NCBI RefSeq assembly: GCF_009914755.1
Contig: NC_060940.1
Strand: one strand, 5' to 3'
Length of the DNA: 64,000 nt
Source: the human T2T-CHM13v2.0 reference genome, Homo sapiens
Shown here: piece after piece, positions 1 to 12,020 of the stretch
How the letters are laid out: each line of letters opens with the position of its first letter
Numbering within the stretch: the stretch's first letter is position 1
Translations under genes and position numbers: made by a program
Notes under the pieces: generated by a model
The model's input: the letters and a program-made list of their open reading frames with translations, nothing else
Told to the model about the DNA's origin: nothing
Databases searched by the model: none

Positions 1-742
1 TTATTGGCTCTCTGATGCCAATAGGAATCTGTTCTAAAACTGATTAGCCCTGAGAAAGACTCTGTAATCACATAAATCTGAAGTTAGGCATGCTTTCAAT
101 TTTTGTTTAGAAGAGAGATTTTTTTTTCCAAACAGGACGTGTTTCCCAAAGAAACATTAGTGTCTTTTATATTCTAAAACATGTCTGCTTCTGCGATTTC
201 AAAGGACAGTAGGTCCAATTCTGCTTGTAACTGGCCAATTTCAGTTACTGTGAAAGACCGGTGGAGGAAGTGGTTTGTGAATAAGGTTTGAATAAAGCAT
301 ATTATTAGACCTCAAGGAGAATCACTAGATTCTAACGTAGTTTTTCTTGCATTGCATTAATAAAGCAACGTTGTTATGAAGGTACGGCAATCTTGTCTTC
401 TCTTGTTGGTTTGAAAGCTTGTTTTTTGTTGTTGTTGATCGGCCTTTGGATGGTCTACCCTAAGGACTAATTCATTTGGTTCTGCAATGCGTCATCGCTA
501 CGACCATGCCTTAAGTCTCAGAACACCTAGGGAGATAAATAGAAGTTATTTTTGTTATCTGGGCTTTATCAATACATTTCAGCTTGGAAAGATTATATGA
601 CTTGCCCTAAGTCCCACATTCAGCCACAGGGAAGGCTGAGCACAGTTCTAGGCTAAACCTTAACATACTGAAGACAGGAGGAATCTGGGGGATCCCAGGC
701 TCATCTCTTACTTTACTGCTGATGTCAAAGACAATCAATAGA

Positions 743-1032
743 GGCCCAGCACAGTGGCTGACACCTGTAATCCCAACACTTTGGAAGGCTAAGGCAGGTC
801 AATCACTTGAGGCCAGGAGTTCGAGAGCAGCCTGGCCAACATGGTGAAACCCCATCTCTACTAAAAATACAAAAATCAGCTGGGCATGACACCTACTCAG
901 GAGGCTGAGGCACAAGAATGACTTGAACCCAGGAGGTGGAGGTTGCATGAGTCAAGATCGTACCACTGCACTCCAGCCTGGGTGACAGAACAAGACTCTC
1001 TCAAAAAAAAAAAAAAAAGAGAGAGAGAGAGT
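743..1032 (+). mobile_element. Alu SINE with small internal deletion, polyA/(GA)n tail
   Basis: GGCCCAGCACAGTGGCTGACACCTGTAATCCC start; TSD AATCAATAGA on both sides. Confidence 0.95.
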
Positions 1033-1223
1033 GAGAATCAATAGATTCTAATGTAGTTTCCCTTACATTGCATCAATAAAGCAACATCATTATGAAGGCA
1101 CTGCAATCTTGTCTTCTCTTGTTGGTCTGAAAGCTTGTTTGTTGTTGTTGTTGATCAGCCTTTGGATGGTCTGCCTTAAGGACTAATTTGCTTGGTTCTG
1201 CAGAAGCCAGTAGGGTCAGAGGC

Positions 1224-1633
1224 TGTTACAGACTGAATTATGGGCCCCCCTCAATCTCCTAGAATTCATATATTGAAATCCCAAGTCCCAGTGCCTCAGA
1301 ATGCAAGCGGGCTTGGAGATATGGTTTTTGCAGAAATCATTAAGTTAAAATGAAGACATTAGAGTGGGCCCTATTCTTAATTCTAAAAGCTGGTGTTCCA
1401 ATTACAGGTGGAAGGTTTTGACACAGACACACATGGAGGGAAGAGAATTGTGAAGCCATGGGGAAAAGACAGCCATCTGCAAGCCCAGGAGAGAGGCCTA
1501 GAGCAGACCCTTCCCCCACAGCCCTCAGAAGGACCAGCCCTGCGGACACCTTGACCTGGATTTCCAGGCTCCAGAACTGTGAGAAAATAAATTTCTGTTG
1601 CTTTAAGTGACTGCAATCTGAGCATACTAATAC
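1224..1633 (+). mobile_element. MaLR solo LTR (MLT1B/C-like)
   Basis: TGTTACAGACTGAATT...AATTCATATATTGAAATCC...CCAGAACTGTGAGAAAATAAATTTCTGTTG hallmarks. Confidence 0.85.
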
Positions 1634-2132
1634 CTGGGCCATCGCAGCTGCCTTACCGATGATGATTCAGAGGCCTAAGGTGTCCTGATGCTGAGCTCTA
1701 CACACCAAGACGGTGCCTCTGAAGCTAACAGTGCCAACTCCAGAAACCACAGACTAACCAGTTGTTTGGTGCTTACACACCCCACATCTGTCCTAGATAC
1801 CCTGGAGGCACAGCACCAGGCTTCCTCCCCAGCAAATCTCAGTGGAAGGTGTGAAATTGGAGCCTTCTTGGCCAATTGGTCTGAGGTTGAGTTGACCTCC
1901 TGCCTTTCTCTCGACAATTCTCTGGCCAGGGAAGGTTTTCCTGGGAAATCCTCACTCATGTGTGGACTTGTGGAGGCTGTGCTCACCCAGACCGCCTGTT
2001 CTGACATTTTGTTCAAGAGGGCCACGTTGTTCTTATAAGGCTCACAGCCATGCTGCCCTCTCCCCAGAGTCCCACCTGTTCCCAGCAGCCATAACTCAAG
2101 TCTTTTTGTGGACAAAGAGGAACAGAGAGTAA

Positions 2133-2330
2133 CGAGGCACTGTGCTAAGTGCTTTCCAGGCATGACTGCATCTCACCTTCACCGCCTCCCTGAGTGGAAG
2201 ACATCGTCCTCTCCGTCTGCCAGATGGAGAAACTGAAGCACAGACAGGTTAGGAACTTGCCCCGAGTTCACACGGCTCATGAGTGAGGGGAATGGATTTG
2301 CTCTTGAGTTTCTAAGGCCTGTGCTTTGCT
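2133..2330 (-). mobile_element. MIR SINE
   Basis: core CAGATGGAGAAACTGAAGCACAGACAGGTTAGGAACTTGCCC. Confidence 0.8.
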
Positions 2331-2497
2331 GCTACACAATGCAAGAGAGGTGACCAGATGGCCCTGAGCTCCTCTCCCTCCAAGGTAACCATGTGGAAAG
2401 GCCCAGCCAGGATGTAGCCGGGTTAGTGCTTGTGACGTTTTGTCTCTGGAAATTACAGAATCTGTCACTGCAGAGGCTGGCAGGGACTTGCTTTTCA

Positions 2498-2682
<185 letters not shown>

Positions 2683-3177
2683 ACTGTGCCACTCATAGAG
2701 ACCCAAAATATTGCTTCTGGCTCCATAATGAGGCAAACACAGAAAGTGAGAGTAAGTGTTCAGGAGCATCCACACACATTTAACAGAGCAATGCTATGTT
2801 GCAATAATTTAGTAATAAAAAAGAAACGAGCTTGTATTTTGTATGTTTTTTTAACACAAAAATTTCCATTTCTCATCACATATTAGACCCCACTGCAAAT
2901 AAAAACCTGGGTCCTTACCACTGATAGTTTGAGAAGCCTTGCTGAGGCAGAGGTCTCAGTCACTGACTGAAGATAAAATGACATGGAAAAATCTGGAGCC
3001 CAGGAAATGCAGGGATTCTCTCCAGCTGCCAGAGCCACACAGGGGATGCCCAGCCACCAGGAAGTCCAACGTGAGCCCCTCAGCTACCAACTGCGCCCTT
3101 AGTAAGGGGCTTTCTGGAATGGTCAAATGGAAAGTAGCCTGGAAGTTGACAATTTGGCTTTTAGCCCTGGCTTTGGG

Positions 3178-3465
3178 TTTTTTGTTTGTTTTTGAGATAG
3201 GGTCTGGCTCTGTCACTCAGGCTGGAGTGCAGTGGCACAGTCTTGGCTCACTGCAGCCTCAACCTGCCATAGCCCTGCTTTCGCGGTGTGACCTTGGGCC
3301 AATCATTTAATCCTCTGTCCGCTGATTTCCTCATCTGTAAGCTGGAGATCATAATACTAGTGCCCGCCTCATAGGATTATTCTGTGGAATAAATGTGTTC
3401 ATTTGGGAGTGTTCAGAGCAGTGCCTGGCATACAGTAAGTGCTATGTATGTGTTCACTATTATTA
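3178..3465. mobile_element. Alu fragment (minus, 3178-3265) followed by MIR (plus, ~3285-3465)
   Basis: GAGATAGGGTCTGGCTCTGTCACTCAGGCTGGAGTGC; GTGACCTTGGGC...TTTCCTCATCTGTAA. Confidence 0.75.
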
Positions 3466-3593
3466 CATTAGGTAGAAGTCATTTTTCCTTCTCTAGCCTG
3501 TGTTCTACTGAAACAGTTTTTAAACTACTTTTTTTGGGATATTTCTTTGTGAAGAATGTATTTCAAGACTTCCATATGCATTTGACTTACATT

Positions 3594-3923
<330 letters not shown>

Positions 3924-4181
3924 TGTTCCAACTGTTTACCACAAAACTAAGCCTGCAGCGCTGGCCATTCATTTCTCAATTATCTGGGAAGAAATAGGGA
4001 TGAGGCTGGGGGTATAGGAGAAGGACCTCCTGACTGGACAGCAGGAAACCAGCCCTGCCATTAACCACCCAGTGACCTCAGGCAAGTGCATGAACCTCCC
4101 TACCCTGAGGGTTTGGGGCTCTGCCACCCTCTGGATCTTGAGGCAGGTGCTTTTGACAGCAGCCCCTCCTGTCCTTTAGAT

Positions 4182-4712
4182 AAATGGTTCCCAACCTTTT
4201 TGGCACCAGGGACCAGTTTCATGGAAGACAATTGTTCCATTGACCTGGTGTGAGGGAAGGTTTCGGGATGATTCAAGCACATTACATTTATTGTTCACCT
4301 TATTTTTATTATGATTACATTGTAATATATAATGAAATAATTATATAACTCACCGTAATATAGAATCTGTGGGAACCCTGAGCTTGTTTTCCTGCAACTA
4401 GATGGTCCCATCCAGGGGTGACAGGAGATAGTGACGGATCATCAGGCACTAAATTCTCATAAGGAGCATGCAACCTAGATCCCTGGCATATGCAGTTCAC
4501 AATAGGGTTTGTGCTCCTATGAGAATCTAATGCTGCCACTGATCTGAGAGAAGGCAGAGCTCAGGCAATAATGTGAATGATGGGGAGCAGCTGTAAATAC
4601 AGATGAAGCTTTGCTTGCTCGTCCGCCCGCCACTCACCTCTGGCTGTGCAGCCCGGTTCCTAACAGGCCACAGGCCAGTACCAGTCCATGGCCCGGGTGT
4701 TGGGGAACCCCG
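4182..4712. mobile_element. MER1A hAT-Charlie DNA transposon (MITE)
   Basis: degenerate TIRs (..GGTTCCCAAC / GTTGGGGAACC), ~530 bp, perfect 8-bp TSD CTTTAGAT at 4174-4181 and 4713-4720. Confidence 0.9.
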
Positions 4713-5269
4713 CTTTAGATAACAAAACAAGCAGCCAGGGCCTGGCATAGACTCATGTAGAGCCTCACCCTCTTCCCACTCCATTTTTGAGGCCATCCTA
4801 ACCAAAAGACAGCAGAGAGAAGGAAGAGGCCCTGCATGAACAGTCGGTCCCTAAAGAGGATCTCACCTCAAGGCCAGGCGAACTGTGGTTTTGGGCTCCT
4901 GCCATTTGCCTGGGAAGCCTGAGTGAGTCTTTGCCGTTGTTAACATCCACAGGCCTCTGTCCGACTGGCTTTCATCCCAGCCCACTTAACTTTCCTGCCC
5001 AACAAATACCTGTGGTTTCCACCAGCCACATGCTACTCCCCTTCCTGAAATGCTCCTACTCCTTCCTGCCTTCAGGGACCAACCAGACCCAGTGTGAAGG
5101 CCCAGCTCAGTCCCTCCTGCCTCCCTGCACAACCCTTCTCCCTGGCCCTGTTTGACTCCTGCCTCTGTGCTATCCCACAGACCTGACATTTGCACAGCAT
5201 TCATGGTTGCCAGGGCATGTCCACTGAACCCCAAAATACATTGATTTGTCAGCTTCTAAAACAAATCAC

Positions 5270-5622
5270 CAGCTCTGGCATCTTAGGGCTACTATAGCAA
5301 AACACCATACACTGGGTGGCTTCTCAACACAGAAAGTGAATAGTTCTAGTGGCTGGAAAGTCCAAGATCAAGGCAGATTTGGTGTCTGGTGAGGGTGTGC
5401 TTTCCGGTTCATAGACAGCGCCTTTATGCTGTGTCCTCGAATGGTGGGAGGGGTGAGAGGGTTCCCTTGGGCCTCTTTTATAAGGGCACTAATTCAATTC
5501 ACGAAACCTCCACCCTCGTGACCTAATCACTTCCCAGAGACCCTATCTCCTAATACCATCACCTCAGGGGTTAAGATTTTACCACATAAATTTTGAGGGC
5601 ACACAAACATTCAGACCACACA
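5270..5622 (-). mobile_element. MaLR solo LTR (MLT1A-like)
   Basis: GGCTGGAAAGTCCAAGATCAAGGCAGATTTGGTGTCTGGTGAGGG...CACAAACATTCAGACCA. Confidence 0.85.
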
Positions 5623-7023
5623 TCCAGGGAGCTGAGTGGGATTTTTGCCCCCATCTGCCTGTCCGGTGTCACTGGATAGCTGCCTGCAGTAGAGGGCTGG
5701 CTAGGGACTATTGTGCACTTTATGTACACACACCACCTCCTGTGAGCTTGGCATAACCCCTTTGAGGTGGGTGGTGGCTTCTTTTTTAGAAACTTCAAAA
5801 GTGTAGCTCACTTTCAGTCTGGGCTCAGACTGGATACCTCGTATACCAAACTGTCTTACAAAGAAATAAGCAGAAGGAGATCACATGCTGAAGCTCAGGG
5901 CCAATGCAGAGCCCGTAAGAGTCAGAGATAGGTCCAGCCCTGGGTCTATATGATGCCAAAGCCCCTCTTCTCCACCTCAGTCTCAGCCAGGCCTTGCCAG
6001 TCTGCCCCTCTCCCTCCTCTGCCACATCTGACCTTGCCCCTCGGTGGCTGAGGCTCTACAAAGCCCCTGGCAGTCAGGGAACATGGAACCCTAGAATCCT
6101 GTGAGGAGGGTCTGGACAAGGCAAATTAGTTCTCCACCTGGGAGGCACACAAGGCCTCCTCTCCACCTAGAGAGCAAATGAGAGGTGGGGCTGTTGGGTA
6201 CCAAGGGTGAACCTGTCCACTAGGAAATGTGCAGGGGCGTCACTTTTGTTTAGGGTTGGGTTTGGTTTGGTCTGCACAGTGGCTTGGATCCAGAGCCACT
6301 CATATTTGATGGGGTTGAGGACAGCACTGCCAAACATCCTACACTGAGCAAGTCAGTCCTGCAGAAGGAAGGTCTGCCCACGCTGCTAGTACAGCCCCAT
6401 GAGGAATCACTGAGTCCCATCAGCTAGCTTTTCCTTTTGTATCCTCTCCTTATTTTTTATCATCTTGACATTGACCCAAGGGGCTCAGTCCAGCACTCTG
6501 GACTCCATTGCCTGCTGTCAGGCTGCTGGAGGAGGCAGGCATCCAGAAACACGTGACCGAGCTTCTCTGCACTCGGGACTTTAATCTCCTTAGTTGAAAT
6601 TGATTGACCTTTTGGGAGGCAGCTCTGCATTGGCCCTCAGATTCAGCATGTGATCAACTTTTGCTTATTTCTTTTAAAGACCAATTGACACACCATGGTA
6701 TCCAGTCTTCTCCCTGAATACTGGGCCTATTTGCCAACTAGAAGCAAAACCAGGAACACACACACTTACAAAAACAGCTCAGGAAACAAAAGCACCTGAA
6801 AAAAATAAGGAGAGAAATATTCTGTCTCATGGTGACTTAGCATTATACAAAAGCCCAGTCAAAACACCATTACCAAGGAAAGATGAAATCACATGGGAAA
6901 GGAGAGATGGGAGGGGTTGGGGGAAAGAGTAAGCTGCCTGAAGCTTACGATAAATAAGCTGGGCTGGAGTATATCTAAGAACTAGCTGCAAAAAAGATAA
7001 AAAGGGAAGAAAAGTGAAACACC

Positions 7024-7140
7024 TTTTTTTTTTTTTTCTGAAACAAAGTTTTGCTCTGTCACCCAGCCTGGAGTGCAGTGGTGTGGTCTTGGCTCACTGC
7101 AACCTCCACGTCCTGGGCTCAAGCTATTCTCCTGCCTCAG
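7024..7140 (-). mobile_element. 3' part of an Alu, interrupted by the HERV-K LTR
   Basis: polyT plus Alu right arm ending at TCTCCTGCCTCAG, directly abutting the LTR terminus. Confidence 0.9.
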
Positions 7141-8100
7141 TGCAGGGGTGGGTTGCCCCTCCACACCTGTGGGTGTTTCTCGTAAGGTGGGATGAGAGAT
7201 TTGGAAAAGAAAAAGACACAGAGACAAAGTATAGAGAAAGAAATAAGGGGACCCGGGGAACCAGCGTTCAGCATATGGAGGATCCCGCCAGCCTCTGAGT
7301 TCCCTTAGTATTTATTGATCATTCGTGGGTGTTTCTCGAAGAGGGGGATGTGTCAGGGTCACAAGACAATTGTGGGGAGAGGGTCAGCAGACAAACACGT
7401 GAACAAAGGTCTTTGCATCATAGACAATGTAAAGGATTAAGTGCTGTGCTTTTAGATGTGCATACACATAAACATCTCAATGCTTTACAAAGCAGTATTG
7501 CTGCCCGCAGGTCCCACCTCCAGCCCTAAGGCGGCTTTTCCCTATCTCAGTCGATGGAGCATACAATCGGGTTTTATACTGAGACATTCCATTGCCCAGG
7601 GACGGGCAGGAGACAGATGCCTTCCTCTTGTCTCAACTGCAAGAGGCATTCCTTCCTCTTTTACTAATCCTCCTCAGCACAGACCCTTTACGGGTGTCGG
7701 GCTGGGGGATGGTCAGGTCTTTCCCTTCCCACGAGGCCATATTTCAGACTATCACATGGGGAGAAACCTTGGACAATACCTGGCTTTCCTAGGCAGAGGT
7801 CCCTGCGGCCTTCCGCAGTTTTTGTGTCCCTGGGTACTTGAGATTAGGGAGTGGTGATGACTCTTAAGGAGCATGCTGCCTTCAAGCATCTGTTTAACAA
7901 AGCACGTCTTGCACCGCCCTTAATCCATTTAACTCTGAGTTGACACAGCACATGTTTCAGAGAGCACTGGGTTGGGGGTAAGGTCACAGAATCTCAAGGC
8001 AGAAGAATTTTTCTTAGTACATAACAAAATGGAGTCTCCTATGTCTACTTCTTTCTACACAGACACAGTGACAATCTGATCTCTCTTGCTTTTCCCCACA
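7141..8100 (-). mobile_element. HERV-K(HML-2) 3' LTR (LTR5_Hs-type), complete U3-R-U5, 960 bp
   Basis: minus strand begins TGTGGGGAAAAGCAAGAGAG and ends CCCCTGCA; PPT AGAAAAGGGGGAAA at 8101-8114; TATAAAA at 7572-7578; AATAAA at 7311-7316. Confidence 0.97.
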
Positions 8101-9862
8101 TTTCCCCCTTTTCTTTTCCACAAAACCGCCATCGTTGTCATGGCCCGTTCTCGATGGTCGCTGTCTCTTCAGAGCTGTTGGGTACACCTGCAGACTAACA
8201 ACAGACAAAACAGGCACACAAGGATTAATATGAGATTTATAATCGTAGTACTTCCGATGGTCTTAACCCAAGTGACAGGGTTAAGATTTGCGAGGCCATC
8301 AGCAACTCCTGCAATTGCCTCAGTGCCTGGCACCAAATTTAAATGGGCTTTTGATGCTTCGAAAATTTGTTCTTTTAATTTGGAAATGTCTAAAGTGAGA
8401 TTATCTTCTCTTCCTTGTAGATGGCGTCTAACCATGTCCCAGTGATGCTCAGACTCATTATAAATTTGGGGTGTAATACAAAAATCTGACGTATTCCAGT
8501 CACACTGTAACTGGAAACGATGTTCTAAGCTCATGAGTCTGTCTCCCATCCAAATGACAGTTTGTCTAAGATCATTAATTTGATTTGCCAATTTTTGATC
8601 AATACTAGATTGTGAATTCCACAATCTTGTAGAATTTTTTTGCCAATCATTAACAAAGTTTACTGACTGAACAGAAGAGTGCAATGCAACTCCTGCTACA
8701 GCAGCCGTAGCTGTGACTGCAATTAATCCCATAATCACTGCAATTAAAGTAAAAATGAATCTTTTGGATCTATTTAAAACACCTTTTAATACTTCAGTCA
8801 AAATATGGACGGATGGCAAGGCCTCCCACGGTCGGTCCATGGACACAGGGATCCACACGCCCTCTCTTGCTCTCACCAGCAGAATACGGTGTTGCCAATT
8901 AAAAGTTGAATCAATGCAAGTAAACAATCTACAATTTTCACAGGTTATAGTCTGGGAGTATGGTTTAATAACTATATTTCCTACAACTAGCATATAAGGG
9001 GGCTTTACGCAACTTTGTAAAGGAACCGTTAGACTGGAATTTAGGTCGATAGTATAAAATGGCTTACGATCTCTTGTTTCTAAAGTTTGATTTCCAGACC
9101 AAATTCTAATGTGGTGTGAGGCCACAGTAAGCCTCCATAATTCTGGATGTTCAGGACCAGAAACAGGACTTATTATTTTTGGTCTTGGGGTAGAGATTCC
9201 TTTTTCTCCCCATTCCCAAGGGTAGAAAGACTGCAATTTTTTATGCTTATGTTTGTCTAAACTTTCTGTTAAGTCGCTATCAACAGCTGGACTCACTTGT
9301 GCACTTGGACATGACTGAGTTTGTCCTGAGCAATTGTGGTAGAATTGACCTCGAGGTGCCCAATCTATAATAGTTCCGAATTTATTGTTTTGTAATATCA
9401 CCGCACTATTGGCCACACATTCTTCCCAAACTAAAACTTCTGTATTTTTTGATTCTTTGGGAATTTCCTTGGGGCAAGGTTTCCCTTTAGGTCTAAATTT
9501 TAATGATCTTTGATAAGAAAAGTCTTGTAAATAATTTACCCGTGGCCTGAGTGACATCCCGCTTACCATGTGATAAGTGAATCTACTGATGGGACTGACA
9601 GTAGGTACTTCTACCAACCAATTTTGGACTGCAGGCATTAAACATCCTGGTGCTCTCACTAGGCAAATAGGAGGATAACAATACCCAATGGAAATATTTA
9701 TCATCATCCCTTCTTCCTCAGGTTTGGCAGGGCAGCGATCATCTGTGGGGCCAGGTACCCATACGCTATCATTAACATATACTTCTATAGGATTATCCAT
9801 CCATGTGACTGGTGTTACCATCTCCGTGGAGGCCCTTTTCTTTGCATCTCTGATGGGTTCAT
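8014..9862 (-). CDS. np9: Spliced HERV-K Np9, 74 aa (exons 9862-9819 and 8194-8014)
   Basis: joined translation [74 protein letters not shown]; GT donor at 9818-9817, AG acceptor at 8196-8195; 44+181=225 nt in frame. Expression not shown. Confidence 0.85.
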
Positions 9863-9875
9863 TGTAGAACTTCAA
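8169..9875 (-). CDS. env: HERV-K(HML-2) type 1 env ORF: no signal peptide, SU+TM open, cytoplasmic tail truncated
   Basis: first ATG at 9821 gives 550 aa ([13 protein letters not shown]...); furin site RSKR, fusion peptide [57 protein letters not shown]; type-1 junction AAAAGGGCCTCCACGGAGATGGTAAC; premature TGA at 8169-8171. Confidence 0.92.
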
Positions 9876-10897
9876 ATGTCTAGTGGGTATTTGGCATGTT
9901 TTTGCAGTGGCTGGTACCGGTTGTTCCTTTCCATGTTTAGTGCTTGCTTCAGGAGCTCTTTTAGGGCATGCCTGGTGGTGACAAAATCTCTCAGCATTTG
10001 CTTTTCTGTAAAGGATTTTATTTCTCCTTCACTTATGAAGCTTAGTTTGGCTGGATATGAAATTCTGGGTTGAAAATTCTTTTCTTTAAGAATGTTGAAT
10101 ATTGGCCCCAACTCTCTTCTGGCTTGTAGAGTTTCTGCCGAGAGATCAGCTGTTAGTCTGATGTGCTTCCCTTTGTGGGTAACCCGACCTTTATCTCTGG
10201 CTGCCCTTAACATTTTTTCCTTCATTTCAACTTTGGTGAATGTGACAATTATGTGTCTTGGAGTTGCTCTTCTCGAGGAGTATCTTTGTGGCGTTCTCTG
10301 TATTTCCTGAATCTGAATGTTGGCCTGCCTTGCTAGATTGGGGAAGTTCTCCTGGATAATATCGTGCAGAGTGTTTTCCAACTTGGTTCCATTCTCCCCG
10401 TCACTTTCAGGTACACCAATCAGATGTAGATTTGGTCTTTTCACATACTCCCATATTTCTTGGAGGCTTTGTTCATTTCTTTTTATTCTTTTTTCTTTAA
10501 ACTTCTCTTCTCACTTCATTTCACTCCTTTGATCTTCCATCACTGATACCCTTTCTTCCAGTTGATCAAATTGGCTACTGAGGCTTGTGCATTCGTCACA
10601 CAGTTCTCATGCCATGGTTTTCAGCTCCATCGGGTCCTTTAAGGACTTCTCTGCATTGATTATTCTAGTTAGCCATTCGTCTAATTTTTTTCAAAGTTTT
10701 TAACTTCTTTGCCATGGGTTTGAACTTCCTCCTTTAGCTTGGAGTAGTTTGATCATCTGAAGCCTTCTTCTCTCAACTCGTCAAAGTCATTCTCCATCCA
10801 GCTTTGTTCCATTGCTAGTGAGGAGCTGCATTCCTTTGGAGGAGGAGAGGCACTCTGATTTTTAGTTTCCCGTTTTTCTGCTCTGTTTTTTCCCCAT
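9872..10897 (-). pseudogene. Disrupted L1 ORF1p with chimeric C-terminus (..KHAK-YPLDI*)
   Basis: ATG at 10897; 2-bp deletion gives TAA at codon 12; second in-frame TGA at 10511-10513; C-terminal 190 codons open. Confidence 0.88.
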
Positions 10898-11910
10898 CTT
10901 TGTGGTTTTATCTACCTTTGGTCTTTGATGATGATGACGTACTGATGGGTTTTTGGTGTGGATGTCCTTTCTGTTTGTTAGTTTTCCTTCTAACAGTCAT
11001 GACCCTCAGCTGCAGGTCTGTTGGAGTTTGCCGGAGGTCCACTCCAGACCCTGTTTGCCTGGGTATCAGCAGTGGAGGCTGCAGAACAGCAGATATTGGT
11101 AAACAGCAAATGTTGCTGCCTGATTTTTCCTCTGGAAGTTTTGTCTCGGAGGAGTACCTGGCCATGTGAGGTGTCAGTCTGCCCCTACTGGGAGGTTCCT
11201 CCCAGTTAGGCTACTCGGGGGTCAAGGACCCACTTGAGGAGGCAGTCTGTCCATTCTCAGATCTCCAGCTGCATGCTGGAGAACCACTACTCTCTTCAAA
11301 GCTCTCAGACAGGGACATTTAAGTCTGCAGAGGTTTCTGCTGCCTTTTGTTTGGCTATGCCCTGCCCCAGACGTGGAGTCTACAGAGGCAGGCAGGCCTC
11401 CTTGAGCTGTGGTTGGCTCCACCCAGTTCGAGCTTCTGAGCCACTTTGTTTACCTACTCAAGCCTCGGCAATGGCAGGCGCCCCTCCCCCAGCCTCGTTG
11501 CTGCCTTGCAGTTTGGTCTCAGACTGCTGTGCTAGCAATGAATGAGGCTCCGTGGGCGTAGGACCCTCCAAGCCATGCACGGGATATAATCTCCTGGTGT
11601 GCCATTTGCTAAGACCATTGGAAAAGTGCAGTATTAGGGTGGGAGTGACCCAATTTTCCAGGTGCCGTCTGTCACCCCTTTCTTTGACTAGGAAAGGGAA
11701 TTCCCTGACCCCCTGTGCTTCCCAGGTGAGGCGATGCCTTGCCCTGCTTCGGCTCTCACTCAGTGTGCTGCAGCCCCTGTCCGACATTCTCCAGTGAGAT
11801 GAACCCAGTACCTCAGTTGGAAATGCAGAAATCCCCAGTCTTCTGCATCACTTACGCTGGCAGCTGTAGACTGGAGCTGTTCCTATTCAGCCATCTTGGC
11901 TCCTCCCCCC
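9889..11910 (-). mobile_element. L1PA (about PA3-PA5) 5'UTR + ORF1, truncated at the last codons of ORF1
   Basis: 5' end GGGGGGAGGAGCCAAGATGGCTGAATAGGAACAGC; ORF1 RRM/CTD translation KRPNLHLIGVPE...[12 protein letters not shown]; no ORF2 follows. Confidence 0.95.
11471..11790 (+). pseudogene. L1 antisense ORF0, interrupted
   Basis: MAGAPPPASLLPCSLVSDCCASNE* (TGA at 11543-11545) continuing as GSVGVGPSKP...IRVGVTQFSRC. Confidence 0.8.
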
Positions 11911-12020
11911 ACAAAAAACGTTTTTTAACTGATAAATATTACCTTTGGAAAATGTGCGAAATTAGTGCCCCCAATGGGTGTCCTTCACTACCACGATCTG
12001 TTTTCACATTGACACCCCTT

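Noticed and set aside
1675-2163. 162-aa minus ORF overlapping a 116-aa plus ORF
   Set aside because: Starts in a MIR, no recognisable motif or splice context; treated as chance.
8055-9862. Rec coding capacity
   Set aside because: The type-1 deletion removes most of rec exon 2; only np9 is possible.
7024-9890. SVA element (Alu-like + env/LTR SINE-R)
   Set aside because: No CCCTCT hexamer or VNTR; the LTR is full length with U5 and the env is complete.
8169-10897. ORF1p-Env fusion protein
   Set aside because: The frames differ by -1, ORF1 has a stop at codon 12 and another at 10511-10513, and there is no canonical slippery heptamer at the junction.
7141-11910. L1-HERV chimera formed by template switching during retrotransposition
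   Set aside because: No polyA tail, U5 retained, no shared TSD seen, and the target Alu's other half is missing; a genomic deletion explains it better.
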